Of a stretch of DNA of 64,000 nucleotides, positions 9,565 to 18,467 are shown piece after piece. Where the stretch lies: contig WAQK01000030.1 in the NCBI GenBank assembly GCA_015520265.1, forward strand, positions 134-64,133, given 5' to 3'. Both the position numbers and the translations under genes were made by a program. The DNA comes from Pyrodictiaceae archaeon. GTDB lineage: Archaea > Thermoproteota > Thermoprotei_A > Sulfolobales > WAQK01. Each line of letters opens with the position of its first letter. The first letter of the stretch is position 1. The notes below the pieces were generated by a model. The model was not told the DNA's origin, ran no database searches, and saw only the letters and a program-made list of their open reading frames with translations.

Positions 9565-10263
9565 TCACCCTGAGACCTGGCGTGCCAACTCCTTGGCCGC
9601 CTCCTCTATATCCTTGTGAGTGTCTATGCTCCTCCAGAACACGCCCTCGTACTTAACCGCCTTGAGCAGCCCCTCGCGGGCGAGCTGAGGGAACCCGTTA
9701 CGCTCTATGTCCCCCCTCTGGGGCAGGTAGTTGAACACTCTGGGACTCATGGCGTAGACGCCGGCGTTTATCCAGTACTCGTGGAGCACCGGCTTCTCCC
9801 TGAAGGCTAGTATCTTGTCATCCTCCCCCAGCTCCAGTATGCCGTAGGGGCTTCTCAGAGGTACGGCGGCCACAGCGGCTGCCGCCTTGCCGCTTCTAAC
9901 GGTCTCTATGAGCCTGGAGGGGTCCAGGTTGGTTATTATGTCCCCGTTGAGCACAAGGAAGACATCCTCGTTCTTCAGGACGTGCTCCGCGTTTTTCAGG
10001 GCGCCGCCTGTGCCCAGGGGCTCCTCCTCCACCACGTAGACGACGCGGACACCGAACCTGGAGCCCCCGCCTATGTACTCCATTATCTTCTCCTTCAGGT
10101 AGCCTACCAGGAGCACTATCTCGTCAAAGCCGTGGTTCCGCAGCCAGTCGATCTGGTGGACAAGGATCGGCTTGCCGGCCACCTCAACGAGGGGTTTCGG
10201 CTTCTCGGAGGTTAGGGGGCGTAGCCGCTTCCCGAAGCCTCCGGCCAGAATGGCTACCTTCAA
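9565..10263 (-). CDS. sugar-1-phosphate nucleotidyltransferase (mannose-1-P guanylyl / glucose-1-P thymidylyltransferase family)
   Basis: The N-terminal signature MKVAILAGGFGKRLRPLT is the classic GxGxRLxPLT motif. At 232 aa it is a catalytic domain only. Confidence 0.85.
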   Translation of the reverse strand: MKVAILAGGFGKRLRPLTSEKPKPLVEVAGKPILVHQIDWLRNHGFDEIVLLVGYLKEKIMEYIGGGSRFGVRVVYVVEEEPLGTGGALKNAEHVLKNEDVFLVLNGDIITNLDPSRLIETVRSGKAAAAVAAVPLRSPYGILELGEDDKILAFREKPVLHEYWINAGVYAMSPRVFNYLPQRGDIERNGFPQLAREGLLKAVKYEGVFWRSIDTHKDIEEAAKELARQVSG

Positions 10264-10287
10264 AATATTGCACCGGGTCTAACCTGT

Positions 10288-11628
10288 TTAATTTAAGTTA
10301 TTTAATAATTTAGGGGCTAGAAAGTGGGTCTCAGCACCCACCCTCCCCAGGAACCCGGCGTCATGGGTTGCTATGACCACGATCCTTCCCGCCTCGACAA
10401 GGCTCCTCACCATTCGCTCCAGGAAGACCCTGGACTCCGGGTCGAGCCCGGCGGTGGGCTCATCCATCAACACTATCTCAGCACCGGAGGCAAGGGCCGC
10501 AGCCAGGGCTAGCCTGCGTAACTGGCCATGGCTCAGCCGGGCCACGCCCTCCTCGGCAAGGTCTCGGAGGCCCGCGGCCTTCAGGGCGGCTTCTGGCTCC
10601 ACGCCTCCGGGCCTGTGGGCCCTTCTAGTCTCGTCTATCACGCGGGGGCCGTGGATTCCCAGCAAGGGGTTCTGGGGCACGTAGTACACTCTGCCCCTCC
10701 GCTCCACCGAGCCTCTGGACGGCTTGTAGATCCCGGCCAGCAGTTTGAGGATCGTGGTTTTCCCGGAGCCATTGGGGCCCACCAGGGCGTGAACCTCGCC
10801 TCCCCTGGCTGAAAGGGAGAATCCACGCACCACGTAGTAGCTGCTCCTAGGGTACCTGTACCAGACGTCGGACGCCTCCAGCACGGGGCGGTTCTCGGCT
10901 ACCGGCATGCCAGCCGCTGGGGGTTCCTCGACTGCCTCCCTGACACGCTCCGTGGCGTCGACGGGTCTGCCGTCCCTTAGGATCAGGAGCCCGTCCGCCA
11001 GCCCATTGAAGTATCCCAGCTCCTGCTCCACCACTATGATGGTCCTACCCTCGTCCTTAAGGGTGCGTAGCGTGTTGACGAGCTGTGCCTTGGACTCCTG
11101 GTCGAGGAAAAGGAGGGGTTCGTCCAGCACGAGGATCTCGGGGCTAGTGGAGAGGACTGAGGCGAGGATGGTTTTCTGCGCTTCCCCGCTGCTTAGCTCG
11201 AATGTGGTTCTCTCGTAGAGGTTCTCCCCTCTTACCAGGCTCAGCGCCTCCAGCGCCCTCTTCCTGGCCTCCTCGGCGCCGCCTCCCAGCGCGAGGACGG
11301 GGTACGCCACCTCGTCGAGAACCGTGGGGAACACGAGCTGGGCCTCGGGGTCCTGGGAGACGTAGCCAACCCTCCCCAGCAGGGGGTCAGGCGTCTCCAC
11401 CGGGTTCGCCCCCAGGACCCGTACCTGGCCCTCCACGGCTGCGGGGTAAAAATGGGGTATGAGGCCAGCCAGGAGCCTGGCCAGCGTTGATTTCCCTCCA
11501 CCGTTGGGCCCTGTGACCAGCAGCAGGCTCCCCCTATCCACGTCTAGGGTGAGGCCAGCCAGCGCGTCCCTCTCCGAGCCCTTATACCTTACATGCACGC
11601 CTCTGAGGCTAACGGGTTTAGAGCTCAA
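10288..11628 (-). CDS. fused double ATPase of an ECF/CbiO-type ABC transporter
   Basis: 446 aa with two ABC cassettes: Walker A GPNGGGKST and GPNGSGKTT, signatures LSSGEAQK and LSHGQLRR, and Walker B LVLDEP and VLMDEP. Confidence 0.85.
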   Translation of the reverse strand: MSSKPVSLRGVHVRYKGSERDALAGLTLDVDRGSLLLVTGPNGGGKSTLARLLAGLIPHFYPAAVEGQVRVLGANPVETPDPLLGRVGYVSQDPEAQLVFPTVLDEVAYPVLALGGGAEEARKRALEALSLVRGENLYERTTFELSSGEAQKTILASVLSTSPEILVLDEPLLFLDQESKAQLVNTLRTLKDEGRTIIVVEQELGYFNGLADGLLILRDGRPVDATERVREAVEEPPAAGMPVAENRPVLEASDVWYRYPRSSYYVVRGFSLSARGGEVHALVGPNGSGKTTILKLLAGIYKPSRGSVERRGRVYYVPQNPLLGIHGPRVIDETRRAHRPGGVEPEAALKAAGLRDLAEEGVARLSHGQLRRLALAAALASGAEIVLMDEPTAGLDPESRVFLERMVRSLVEAGRIVVIATHDAGFLGRVGAETHFLAPKLLNNLN

Positions 11629-12382
11629 CGCCCATCCTCTTCAGCCTGTCCACGAGGGGTATGCTGACCACCAGGCCTATAAGAGCCTGGCCCACATTGA
11701 CGGGTATCTCCAGGGCAGCCACTATGGGGTCGTAGCCTAGCACCAGGACCTGGTAGGTGAAGTAGCCTAGCACCATCTCGGCACCGCCGATGATCACTCC
11801 CAGCAGCTCCAGCGCCCCCACCACGCCCCTCTTGGCGACCGATAGGGCTAGTAGCAAGTTGAATATCACCGCTATGGCTATCCAGCCCTCCGGAGGCATG
11901 TCGAAGATCAGCTGCCTGCCGCCCAGGCTGAGGATCGTGCCACCGGAGTAGTACCTATAGCCTATCGCCACCAGCACGACCGACGCCAGGAAGCCCACGG
12001 CCAGAAGATGCTCGCCGCGCCTCTCCAGCCTCCTAACCCTCCATGCGATATAGCCTACTATGAAGCCCTCCAACCCCTTGATGACCAGCGTTCCCGGAGC
12101 GTAGTGCCCGTATCCCAGGTAGAGATCTGCCAGCGCGGAGCCTACCCCGCCAGCAACGGCTCCCACCAAAGGGCCTCCCAGCAGGGCCGCCGTGTAAACC
12201 ATGGTCTCGCCGAAGTTGAAGAACCCCTTGGTGGCCGGAGTCTCCACGGCTATAATGGAGGTCGCCGCGAAGACAAGCGCTGTGAAGACGGCTACTGCCA
12301 CAGCTCGCCTAGCCACCTCGGCCCTCGCCGCAGCTCCGGCTCCAGCCATGACGACACCCCTTCGTGGAGGATATTTAGACAC
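11618..12382 (-). CDS. polytopic membrane protein, probable ECF transporter substrate-capture (S) component
   Basis: 254 aa with about six hydrophobic helices and an Ala-rich N-terminal extension. It overlaps the start of the ECF ATPase gene by 11 nt. The assignment rests on context and topology only. Confidence 0.45.
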   Translation of the reverse strand: MSKYPPRRGVVMAGAGAAARAEVARRAVAVAVFTALVFAATSIIAVETPATKGFFNFGETMVYTAALLGGPLVGAVAGGVGSALADLYLGYGHYAPGTLVIKGLEGFIVGYIAWRVRRLERRGEHLLAVGFLASVVLVAIGYRYYSGGTILSLGGRQLIFDMPPEGWIAIAVIFNLLLALSVAKRGVVGALELLGVIIGGAEMVLGYFTYQVLVLGYDPIVAALEIPVNVGQALIGLVVSIPLVDRLKRMGVEL

Positions 12383-12456
12383 TGTATTTAACGCCTGGCT
12401 TAACGAGTGATCAAAATTTAAATCCCAGAGCTTAAAGATGCAGGCGGGGGATATGG

Positions 12457-12699
12457 GTGGGAGAGCAGGTGGTTAAGGCCTACGTACTGCTGACCGTTGA
12501 GATAGGCAAGGAGTACGACATAGCCAGGGAGATAAGGAACCTGGATGTCAACGCGAAGATAGACGCCGACGTCGTCTACGGAGAGTACGACCTCGTGATA
12601 AGGCTGGAGGCCGAGAACCTAAAGGCCGTAGACAAAGTGGTGACGAAGATAAGGAGCATGCCGGGTGTGCTGAAGACCGTCACGCTGATAGCATCATAG
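12457..12699 (+). CDS. stand-alone Lrp/AsnC ligand-binding (RAM) domain protein
   Basis: 80 aa with a beta-alpha-beta-beta-alpha-beta pattern (VKAYVLLTVEIGKEYDI...GEYDLVIRLEAENLKAVDKVVTKIRSMPGVLKTVTLIA), typical of AsnC_trans_reg-only proteins. Confidence 0.7.
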   Translation: MGEQVVKAYVLLTVEIGKEYDIAREIRNLDVNAKIDADVVYGEYDLVIRLEAENLKAVDKVVTKIRSMPGVLKTVTLIAS

Positions 12700-12734
12700 T
12701 GGCTGCGCAACACTAATAACGATTAATACTTATA

Positions 12735-13385
12735 GTGAAGTTCGGGCCGATGAAGACAACCACCGGTCCGAGCAGAAGGGTTGAACCCATGAGGGAAGGT
12801 CGGCGTCGCGGAGGCCTCCCCTTTTTCATAGGCATCGACCTGGCCGGCTCTCCCCTCAGGAAAACCGGTGTAGCCGTTCTGGCCGGCGAGGCTCCCTGCA
12901 CCCTAGCCGAACTCGCTGTGCTCCGCGCCGACGAGGAGATCCTCTCGACGGTGAGACGCTACAGGCCCGGCGTGGTAGCCATAGACGCTCCCCTCACCCC
13001 TAGTAGCAGGGGGTACAGGAGGGTGGACGTCGAGGCCAAGAGGCTGGGCTTCAGGCTCCTCCCGCCCTCCTGGAGGGGCATGAGGATGCTCACGGAGAGG
13101 GGGATGAGGCTTGCCGAGATCCTCGAAAAGGAGGGGTACACCGTTGTCGAAACCCACCCGAGAAGCGCCCTGATCAGTGCCGGCTGCCAGCCGGAAGGGT
13201 GGACCGAATGCATAGAGTGGTGCGTGCACACTGTACCCAGGGCCCTGGCGGAGACCCACCTGGTCGACGCCCTCGTATCGGCGTGCGTGGCGTACCAGTA
13301 TCACCGGGGCGTGGCGCGGGTAGTGTCTGCTGAGGACGGCGAGATAGTACTCCTCAGCCCTTGGAGCCGCGGATCTCCTCCCTGA
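12735..13385 (+). CDS. DUF429 / RNase-H-fold predicted nuclease family protein
   Basis: Pattern FIGIDLAG...KTGVAVL...VVAIDAPL...VETHP. The start may be the internal Met at 12789. The 3' end overlaps the convergent gene by 32 nt. Confidence 0.5.
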   Translation: MKFGPMKTTTGPSRRVEPMREGRRRGGLPFFIGIDLAGSPLRKTGVAVLAGEAPCTLAELAVLRADEEILSTVRRYRPGVVAIDAPLTPSSRGYRRVDVEAKRLGFRLLPPSWRGMRMLTERGMRLAEILEKEGYTVVETHPRSALISAGCQPEGWTECIEWCVHTVPRALAETHLVDALVSACVAYQYHRGVARVVSAEDGEIVLLSPWSRGSPP

Positions 13386-14130
13386 GCATCCTCAGCATGG
13401 GTATGGCCTCCAGCTTCTCGGTGCTCAGCCGGTCCCAGAGGATCCCGGGAGGACGGGGAGGCCTGGACCCCACCTCTATGACCCTCCTCGGCGTCACTAT
13501 GATGTCGATGGCCACGTCGTGAGGCTCCACCGGTATCTCGGGGACCAGCTGGACCTCGTGCACCGTGGTTATTATCGGGGTTTCCTCACCCACGAGGCCC
13601 AGCTCCCTGAGGATCCCGTACTCCAGCTCGGCGTAGCCCTCACCCTTACCTATCCTGGCGCCCGTCCTCGGCGAAACGGCCACGGAACCCGTCACCACAA
13701 GGTCTATGGAGCCCAGCCTGGCCAGGCTCCGGGGCGTGGGGAGCTTCTCGCCTAGCCTGAAGGCGCCGCGAATGGTGGAAGCCTCCCCGAGGAGCCGGTA
13801 GGGTATCCTCCCCGGGTCTAGGAGCAGGAAGCCCTCCCTGAGCCTGGGAGTGGCCACCAGGAGTCTCTTACCCTGGAGCAGGGCCTCCATCCTTAGCCAG
13901 CGCTGGGGGCTGTCTGGATTTGCCTTCACAACCTCGGCGCTTCTGAAGACCCTCAGGCTGGCGGCCCTCCTGGCGGCGTCCTCGGCCCCCACGAAGTTGG
14001 GTATCCTCCCGTACACTGGGCGCGGAAACCTGGCTATGTTCCGCTCTTCCATGAGCCGCCATATCCTCTCCCTTATCCTGGCCTTCACATCACCCTCCAT
14101 CCTCCACCACCCGCTGCTCGGGGCGTGCAT
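13354..14130 (-). CDS. 5-formyltetrahydrofolate cyclo-ligase family protein
   Basis: N-terminal KARIRERIWRLMEER, NFVGAEDAA, and a C-terminal GKGEGYAELEYGIL that resembles the family GxGGGYYD region. The likely true start is the Met at 14100 (MEGDVKAR). Confidence 0.55.
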   Translation of the reverse strand: MHAPSSGWWRMEGDVKARIRERIWRLMEERNIARFPRPVYGRIPNFVGAEDAARRAASLRVFRSAEVVKANPDSPQRWLRMEALLQGKRLLVATPRLREGFLLLDPGRIPYRLLGEASTIRGAFRLGEKLPTPRSLARLGSIDLVVTGSVAVSPRTGARIGKGEGYAELEYGILRELGLVGEETPIITTVHEVQLVPEIPVEPHDVAIDIIVTPRRVIEVGSRPPRPPGILWDRLSTEKLEAIPMLRMLREEIRGSKG

Positions 14131-15122
14131 CCAGCCCTCCTAATAGCCTCAGCCACCCTCCTTTCAGCCCACCGCTCGAGGACCGCGGGGACGAGGAACC
14201 CGAGAACCCTGTGGAGCAGCCCCGGCCTCAGAGGAGCGCCAGCGGCTGCCGGGTGGCCGCCTCCCCCCAGCTCTACTGCTATCCTCCTCACATCAACCCT
14301 CCTAGACCGCAGCGACACCGAGCGGAAGCCCCTAGTTATGGCTACCACGTCGGCCCCCGTCTTGGAGAGGATATAGGAGGCCAGGAGGCTGTTATTGGGC
14401 GGGCCCCTGTGCCTGGCCAGGAAGGCTACACGGCACCCGTCCACGTCAAGCACCCTTACGTGGGATAACGCGTTGTTGTACCCCTCCAGCTCCCGGTCCA
14501 CGTAGTCCTCCAGGGCCTCCTGGAGCTGATCGCTCCAAAGGATCCCGCGAGCCATCTGTTCGAGGAGGCTCCGCTTCCACCTGTAGCCCCGCCCACCCCT
14601 ATACCTGCCAACGATGCGGAACAGCTTGCCAGCTAAGGGGTGATCCCATCTCCACAGGTCGGCCGCGCAGGTCGCGGCCACCAGCTCCTCCACCAGCTCG
14701 TCGCCGCCGCCAAGGTACTTGGCCACGACGCCTGCGCCACAGGTGGACCGGTCTACGTAGAGCTCCACGCCAGCGCTCCGCAGCCTCTCCACCCACTCCT
14801 CCTCCCAGACGTGGTGGTCGAACCACAGGATCCTGGCGCCGCGTCTGGCCATAGTGCTGGCGTGTCTGGCTATCTTGTCCACGGTGTCGCTGTTGACGCC
14901 CAGGTCGCTAATCGAGATCTCCACGCCCTGGCCAGCCCAGCGGGCCAGGTCCTTCATTAGGCTGGGCAACGCGTCGGGCTCCACGAAGAATATCCTGGCT
15001 TCGGCGGGGTCGCAGCCGCGGAGCCTGCAGTACACTGCACCCGCAGCCACTCCGTCGAGATCCGTGTGCGTCACGATGACGTGTTCCGCCATCCCTCTCC
15101 GCACCCACTCGCAGTGAATCAT
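14085..15122 (-). CDS. DHH-family phosphoesterase (DHH + DHHA1)
   Basis: DHH N-terminal motif VIVTHTDLDGVAAGA, an internal DHH (FDHHVWEE) and the DHHA1 motif GGGGHPAAAG near the C-terminus. Confidence 0.75.
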   Translation of the reverse strand: MIHCEWVRRGMAEHVIVTHTDLDGVAAGAVYCRLRGCDPAEARIFFVEPDALPSLMKDLARWAGQGVEISISDLGVNSDTVDKIARHASTMARRGARILWFDHHVWEEEWVERLRSAGVELYVDRSTCGAGVVAKYLGGGDELVEELVAATCAADLWRWDHPLAGKLFRIVGRYRGGRGYRWKRSLLEQMARGILWSDQLQEALEDYVDRELEGYNNALSHVRVLDVDGCRVAFLARHRGPPNNSLLASYILSKTGADVVAITRGFRSVSLRSRRVDVRRIAVELGGGGHPAAAGAPLRPGLLHRVLGFLVPAVLERWAERRVAEAIRRAGCTPRAAGGGGWRVM

Positions 15123-15200
15123 CTAACTTCGGCTTCCAGGCTTATTTAACTATGCCTCAGGCGGAACCCAAATAGCCGGGCTGGCCAATGTATTCATCGC

Positions 15201-16322
15201 GTGGTCGCGGTGCGCGTGGTTAGACCCAAGCTTTCCAAGCTCCTATCGTTCATCGAGGAGAAAGGCCTTGATGGAGCCGTGGTTGTGGGAATCAGCAACG
15301 TGCAGTACTTCACCGGGTTCAGGGGCGGGGGCGCCATACTGGTGGCTTCTAGGGAGGGTGCCACGCTCCTGGTGCCCCAGCTGGAGTACAGCAAGGCCTC
15401 CGCGGACGCGGTGGGCGTGGAGGTCAGGCCCTACTACAGGTATCCCGTCCCCGGGATAACCATGCCCGGCCTAATAGAGGGCACATGGCTCGACGCCGTG
15501 GCCAAGGTGGTGGAGGAGTATGGGCTGTCGAGACTGGGCGCCAACATCTCCTCGATACCTTACGGGGAGGCGGCGAAGCTTAAGGAGAAGCTGGGCGACA
15601 GGCTGGCCCTTGACCTGTCCAGCGACATCTCCAGGATGAGGAGCATCAAGGAAGACGACGAGGTGGAGGCCATGGTAGCTGCGGCGAGGGTGGCGGAAGC
15701 AGGGCTTAGGGCTGCCGTCGACGCCCTGGCCGAGGGTATGGGTGAGGTTGAGCTGGCAGGCGTGGTGGAGGAGGCTATGAGGAGGGCGGGCGCCGAGGAG
15801 TACTCGTTCCCAACCATAGTGGCCTTCGAGGAGAACGCAGCCTACCCACACACAAGCCCCACAGGGAGGAGGCTCGGGAAAGGCGAGGTGGTGCTCATAG
15901 ACCTGGGGGCCAGGCTCCACGGCTACTGTAGCGACATAACCAGGACCATGGCCTTCGGCCAGCTGCCGGAGCGGAGCCGCGAGATCGCTGAGGCCGTGCT
16001 GGAAGCCCAGCTCGCCGGGATAGACGCCATAGCTCCCGGCGTCAAGGCCGAGGAGCCCGACGCCGCCGCCCGCAGCATCCTGGAGAAGAGGGGCCTGGCC
16101 AAGTACTTCATCCACAGTCTGGGCCACGGGGTGGGGATAGACGTGCATGAGGCGCCCAGGCTCAGCAGGGCGTCGGAGGAGGAGCTGGAGCCGGGAATGG
16201 TGGTGACCGTGGAGCCCGGCGTCTACGTGGCTGGCGCGGTGGGCGTGAGGATAGAGGACATGGTGCTGGTCACCAAGAAGGGGAGGAGGTTGCTCACTAG
16301 TTTCGAGAGAAACCTGTTCTAG
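15201..16322 (+). CDS. Xaa-Pro aminopeptidase / M24B family metallopeptidase
   Basis: 373 aa with metal-ligand motifs DLGARLHGYCSDITRT, HSLGHGVGIDVHEAP and VEPGVY...RIED, plus a creatinase-like N-terminal domain. Confidence 0.85.
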   Translation: MVAVRVVRPKLSKLLSFIEEKGLDGAVVVGISNVQYFTGFRGGGAILVASREGATLLVPQLEYSKASADAVGVEVRPYYRYPVPGITMPGLIEGTWLDAVAKVVEEYGLSRLGANISSIPYGEAAKLKEKLGDRLALDLSSDISRMRSIKEDDEVEAMVAAARVAEAGLRAAVDALAEGMGEVELAGVVEEAMRRAGAEEYSFPTIVAFEENAAYPHTSPTGRRLGKGEVVLIDLGARLHGYCSDITRTMAFGQLPERSREIAEAVLEAQLAGIDAIAPGVKAEEPDAAARSILEKRGLAKYFIHSLGHGVGIDVHEAPRLSRASEEELEPGMVVTVEPGVYVAGAVGVRIEDMVLVTKKGRRLLTSFERNLF

Positions 16323-17137
16323 CCAGCCCTCTTCACGGCCTCCAACGCCTTTCTCCAGTACTCCTCGTCGAATCCAACCACCAGGCTCCTTATCCTCGTT
16401 ATCCTGTCAAACCCTATCTCAGGCATCCCTCCCGAGGCGTCGGAGAACCTGGAGCCGCATGTCTCCGCGAAGCCCAGAGGCGCTGCCACGTCAACGCTCC
16501 TGAGCTTGGCTCTGGCATCTATGAAGACCTCCGCCCTGCCCAGGGCCGTGTAAACTATCTCGAGGGCGGCGCTGCCCAGGCTCCTCACGGGCCCGGTGTG
16601 CCCCGTCAGGTCCCGGTAGTTCTTGACCGCCAGTGCCCCGGCAAAGTCCTCGAAGTAGGCGAGGACCGCTGGGAACGGCTTCTCGGGCCTCCTGACCCTG
16701 GAGCCGCCCTCCCAGCAGCCGGTGTCCCGATCGAAGCTGTAAACGGGGCCCTGGAATATGGGGGCTACGGCCCCGGCCACTATCCCCGAGATCCCGGGGC
16801 CTCTGGAGGGGTTGGCCACGGCTATGCTCACACTGCACCATGGGATACCTGCCAGGTAGTTCTTGCTCCCGTCCAGGGGATCCACTATGAAGACCAGGCG
16901 CCCCTCTCCTATCCTGACGACGCCCCTCTCCTCGGTGACCATGACTCCGCCCAGTCCCTCGCTTCTCAGGAGCTCCAGGATGAGGCCCTCAGCATCCCAG
17001 TCGGCCAGAACCGTGTCTGTGTTCTGGGCCTCGCTCACGGGCCTGGAGGCCTCGGCTGTGCCCCACATGTCCCTGAGGAGGCCAGCGGCCTCGCCCGCTA
17101 TCCTCACAACTATTCTTCTGAGTTCCTCCGGGCCCAA
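16319..17137 (-). CDS. inositol monophosphatase / fructose-1,6-bisphosphatase family (SuhB-like)
   Basis: IMPase motifs VTEERG and FIVDPLDGSKNY. 272 aa. Confidence 0.85.
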   Translation of the reverse strand: MGPEELRRIVVRIAGEAAGLLRDMWGTAEASRPVSEAQNTDTVLADWDAEGLILELLRSEGLGGVMVTEERGVVRIGEGRLVFIVDPLDGSKNYLAGIPWCSVSIAVANPSRGPGISGIVAGAVAPIFQGPVYSFDRDTGCWEGGSRVRRPEKPFPAVLAYFEDFAGALAVKNYRDLTGHTGPVRSLGSAALEIVYTALGRAEVFIDARAKLRSVDVAAPLGFAETCGSRFSDASGGMPEIGFDRITRIRSLVVGFDEEYWRKALEAVKRAG

Positions 17138-17143
17138 GGGGCG

Positions 17144-17893
17144 TCACCCGACGTATATGGGGTCGAAGAGGGTTCGGGCCGACGCGTACCTCTCTATGTA
17201 GGAGGCTGTGAGCTTGGCAGCCTCCACCACGAGGCTCTTGGAGACTCCCGGCACGCCGGCCGAGACCACTAGAACCCTCCTGGTGTCCTCCCTAATCATG
17301 GTTTCCCTGCTGTCCCTGTGTGGGTAGATGTGGAGTATCCTCCCCTCGGCGTCGGCCAGCACCACTTCGCCGCCTTCCAGCTCCTCGGGCTCGCCGCCTA
17401 TGGGGTTGAACCTCTCGCCGCGCCTGGCGTAGCGCAGGGTGAGGGGAGGGGTCAGGCGGTCCATGTCGTAGAGCCCTATAGGGACTAGGGTCTCCACGCT
17501 GGCGAAATTGCCGGAGTCCACCACGTTGTTTATGTGGGGGAACCTGCCGCGCCTCAGCAGCCTCCTTACCAGGGCCTCGCTGCTGGGCCTGGTCTTGGTG
17601 GGGTCTATCCCCAGCCTCCACATGAAGTCCCTGTAGGCCCTGACCACGGGGTGCTCCCGCAGCGACTCTAGTGTGTACCTCGACCTGGCCTCCTCGACTA
17701 GCCTCTCCCCGTGCTCCGAGAGGCCCTCAGCCTCTTTGGAGACCGTGACTCCTTCAAGAACCGTGTAGGCCACATGTACGCCCAGCCTGGCGACCTCCGG
17801 TTCTAGGGCAATAAGCCTCTCCCAGTCCAACCACAGGCACCCCGAAACACAGTGTAATTCCGGGTAAAGTGTTTTGAGCCTGGAGCACCACAT
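17144..17893 (-). CDS. B3/B4 tRNA-binding domain protein (PheT B3_4-like)
   Basis: The core SSEALVRRLLRRGRFPHINNVVDSGNFASVETLVPIGLYD matches the B3/4 domain pattern. The ORF-track start at 18013 adds a Pro/Arg-rich extension that overlaps the divergent gene, so I trimmed to the Met at 17893. Confidence 0.6.
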   Translation of the reverse strand: MWCSRLKTLYPELHCVSGCLWLDWERLIALEPEVARLGVHVAYTVLEGVTVSKEAEGLSEHGERLVEEARSRYTLESLREHPVVRAYRDFMWRLGIDPTKTRPSSEALVRRLLRRGRFPHINNVVDSGNFASVETLVPIGLYDMDRLTPPLTLRYARRGERFNPIGGEPEELEGGEVVLADAEGRILHIYPHRDSRETMIREDTRRVLVVSAGVPGVSKSLVVEAAKLTASYIERYASARTLFDPIYVG

Positions 17894-17922
17894 AGTTCCC
17901 AGAGGCTTGGAGGACGAGCCCC

Positions 17923-18450
17923 ATGGTGTCGGTGGCCCTTTCAGCCTACAGCGGCGAGCCCCCTGAGGGGGCCGTAAGGGAGGCGGAGAGGTTTGTGGAT
18001 GAGCTGGCGGCATCGGGCCGTAGGCCCGTGTTCTTCCTGGGAGGCTACCGGGGTCTCATGAAGGTGGCTGCCGACCTCCTCCTGGAAGCTGGCTTCACCG
18101 TGGTCTTCGTGATCCCGGTGGAGTACGAGGAGCTGGAGCACCCGTCGAAGGGGATCGTGGTGCGGACCGGGATGAGCTTCAAAGGCAGGAATACCGTAAT
18201 GGTTAGAAGCGGCGACGCACTGGTAGCGCTGGGCGGGGGCGCGGGGACCATCATGGAGATCTTCGCCGCCTACGGCGAGGGGAGGAGAGTGTTCCTCCTA
18301 ACAGGTCACGGCCTGCCAAGCGACAGGCTGGCGGAAGCCTACCCTGAGGGCAGGATATCGCGCGAGGCGCCGCCCCTGATCTCGTATCACCGGGACGGCC
18401 GGAGCCTCGCCAAGGCCTTGGTGAACCACCTGGACAGCCTCCAACCATAG
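17923..18450 (+). CDS. LOG/TIGR00725-type Rossmann-fold nucleotide-binding protein
   Basis: 175 aa with LGGGAGTIMEI, the PGGxGTxxE-like motif of the LOG / lysine-decarboxylase-like family. Confidence 0.6.
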   Translation: MVSVALSAYSGEPPEGAVREAERFVDELAASGRRPVFFLGGYRGLMKVAADLLLEAGFTVVFVIPVEYEELEHPSKGIVVRTGMSFKGRNTVMVRSGDALVALGGGAGTIMEIFAAYGEGRRVFLLTGHGLPSDRLAEAYPEGRISREAPPLISYHRDGRSLAKALVNHLDSLQP

Positions 18451-18467
18451 GTGAGGGGCGTGGCTTT

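Noticed and set aside
13354-13385. Short convergent gene overlaps (13354-13385, 45826-45858, 47907-47944, 23592-23595), considered as possible antisense regulation
   Set aside because: Such overlaps are pervasive in this compact genome and are partly explained by uncertain stop-proximal or start calls. I found no specific signal beyond the overlap itself.
17894-18013. N-terminal 40-aa extension of the B3/4-domain ORF (MPPAHPQTSPPPLRPPQGARR...)
   Set aside because: It is Pro/Arg-rich and overlaps the start of the divergent LOG-like gene. An internal Met at 17893 gives a normal-looking protein.
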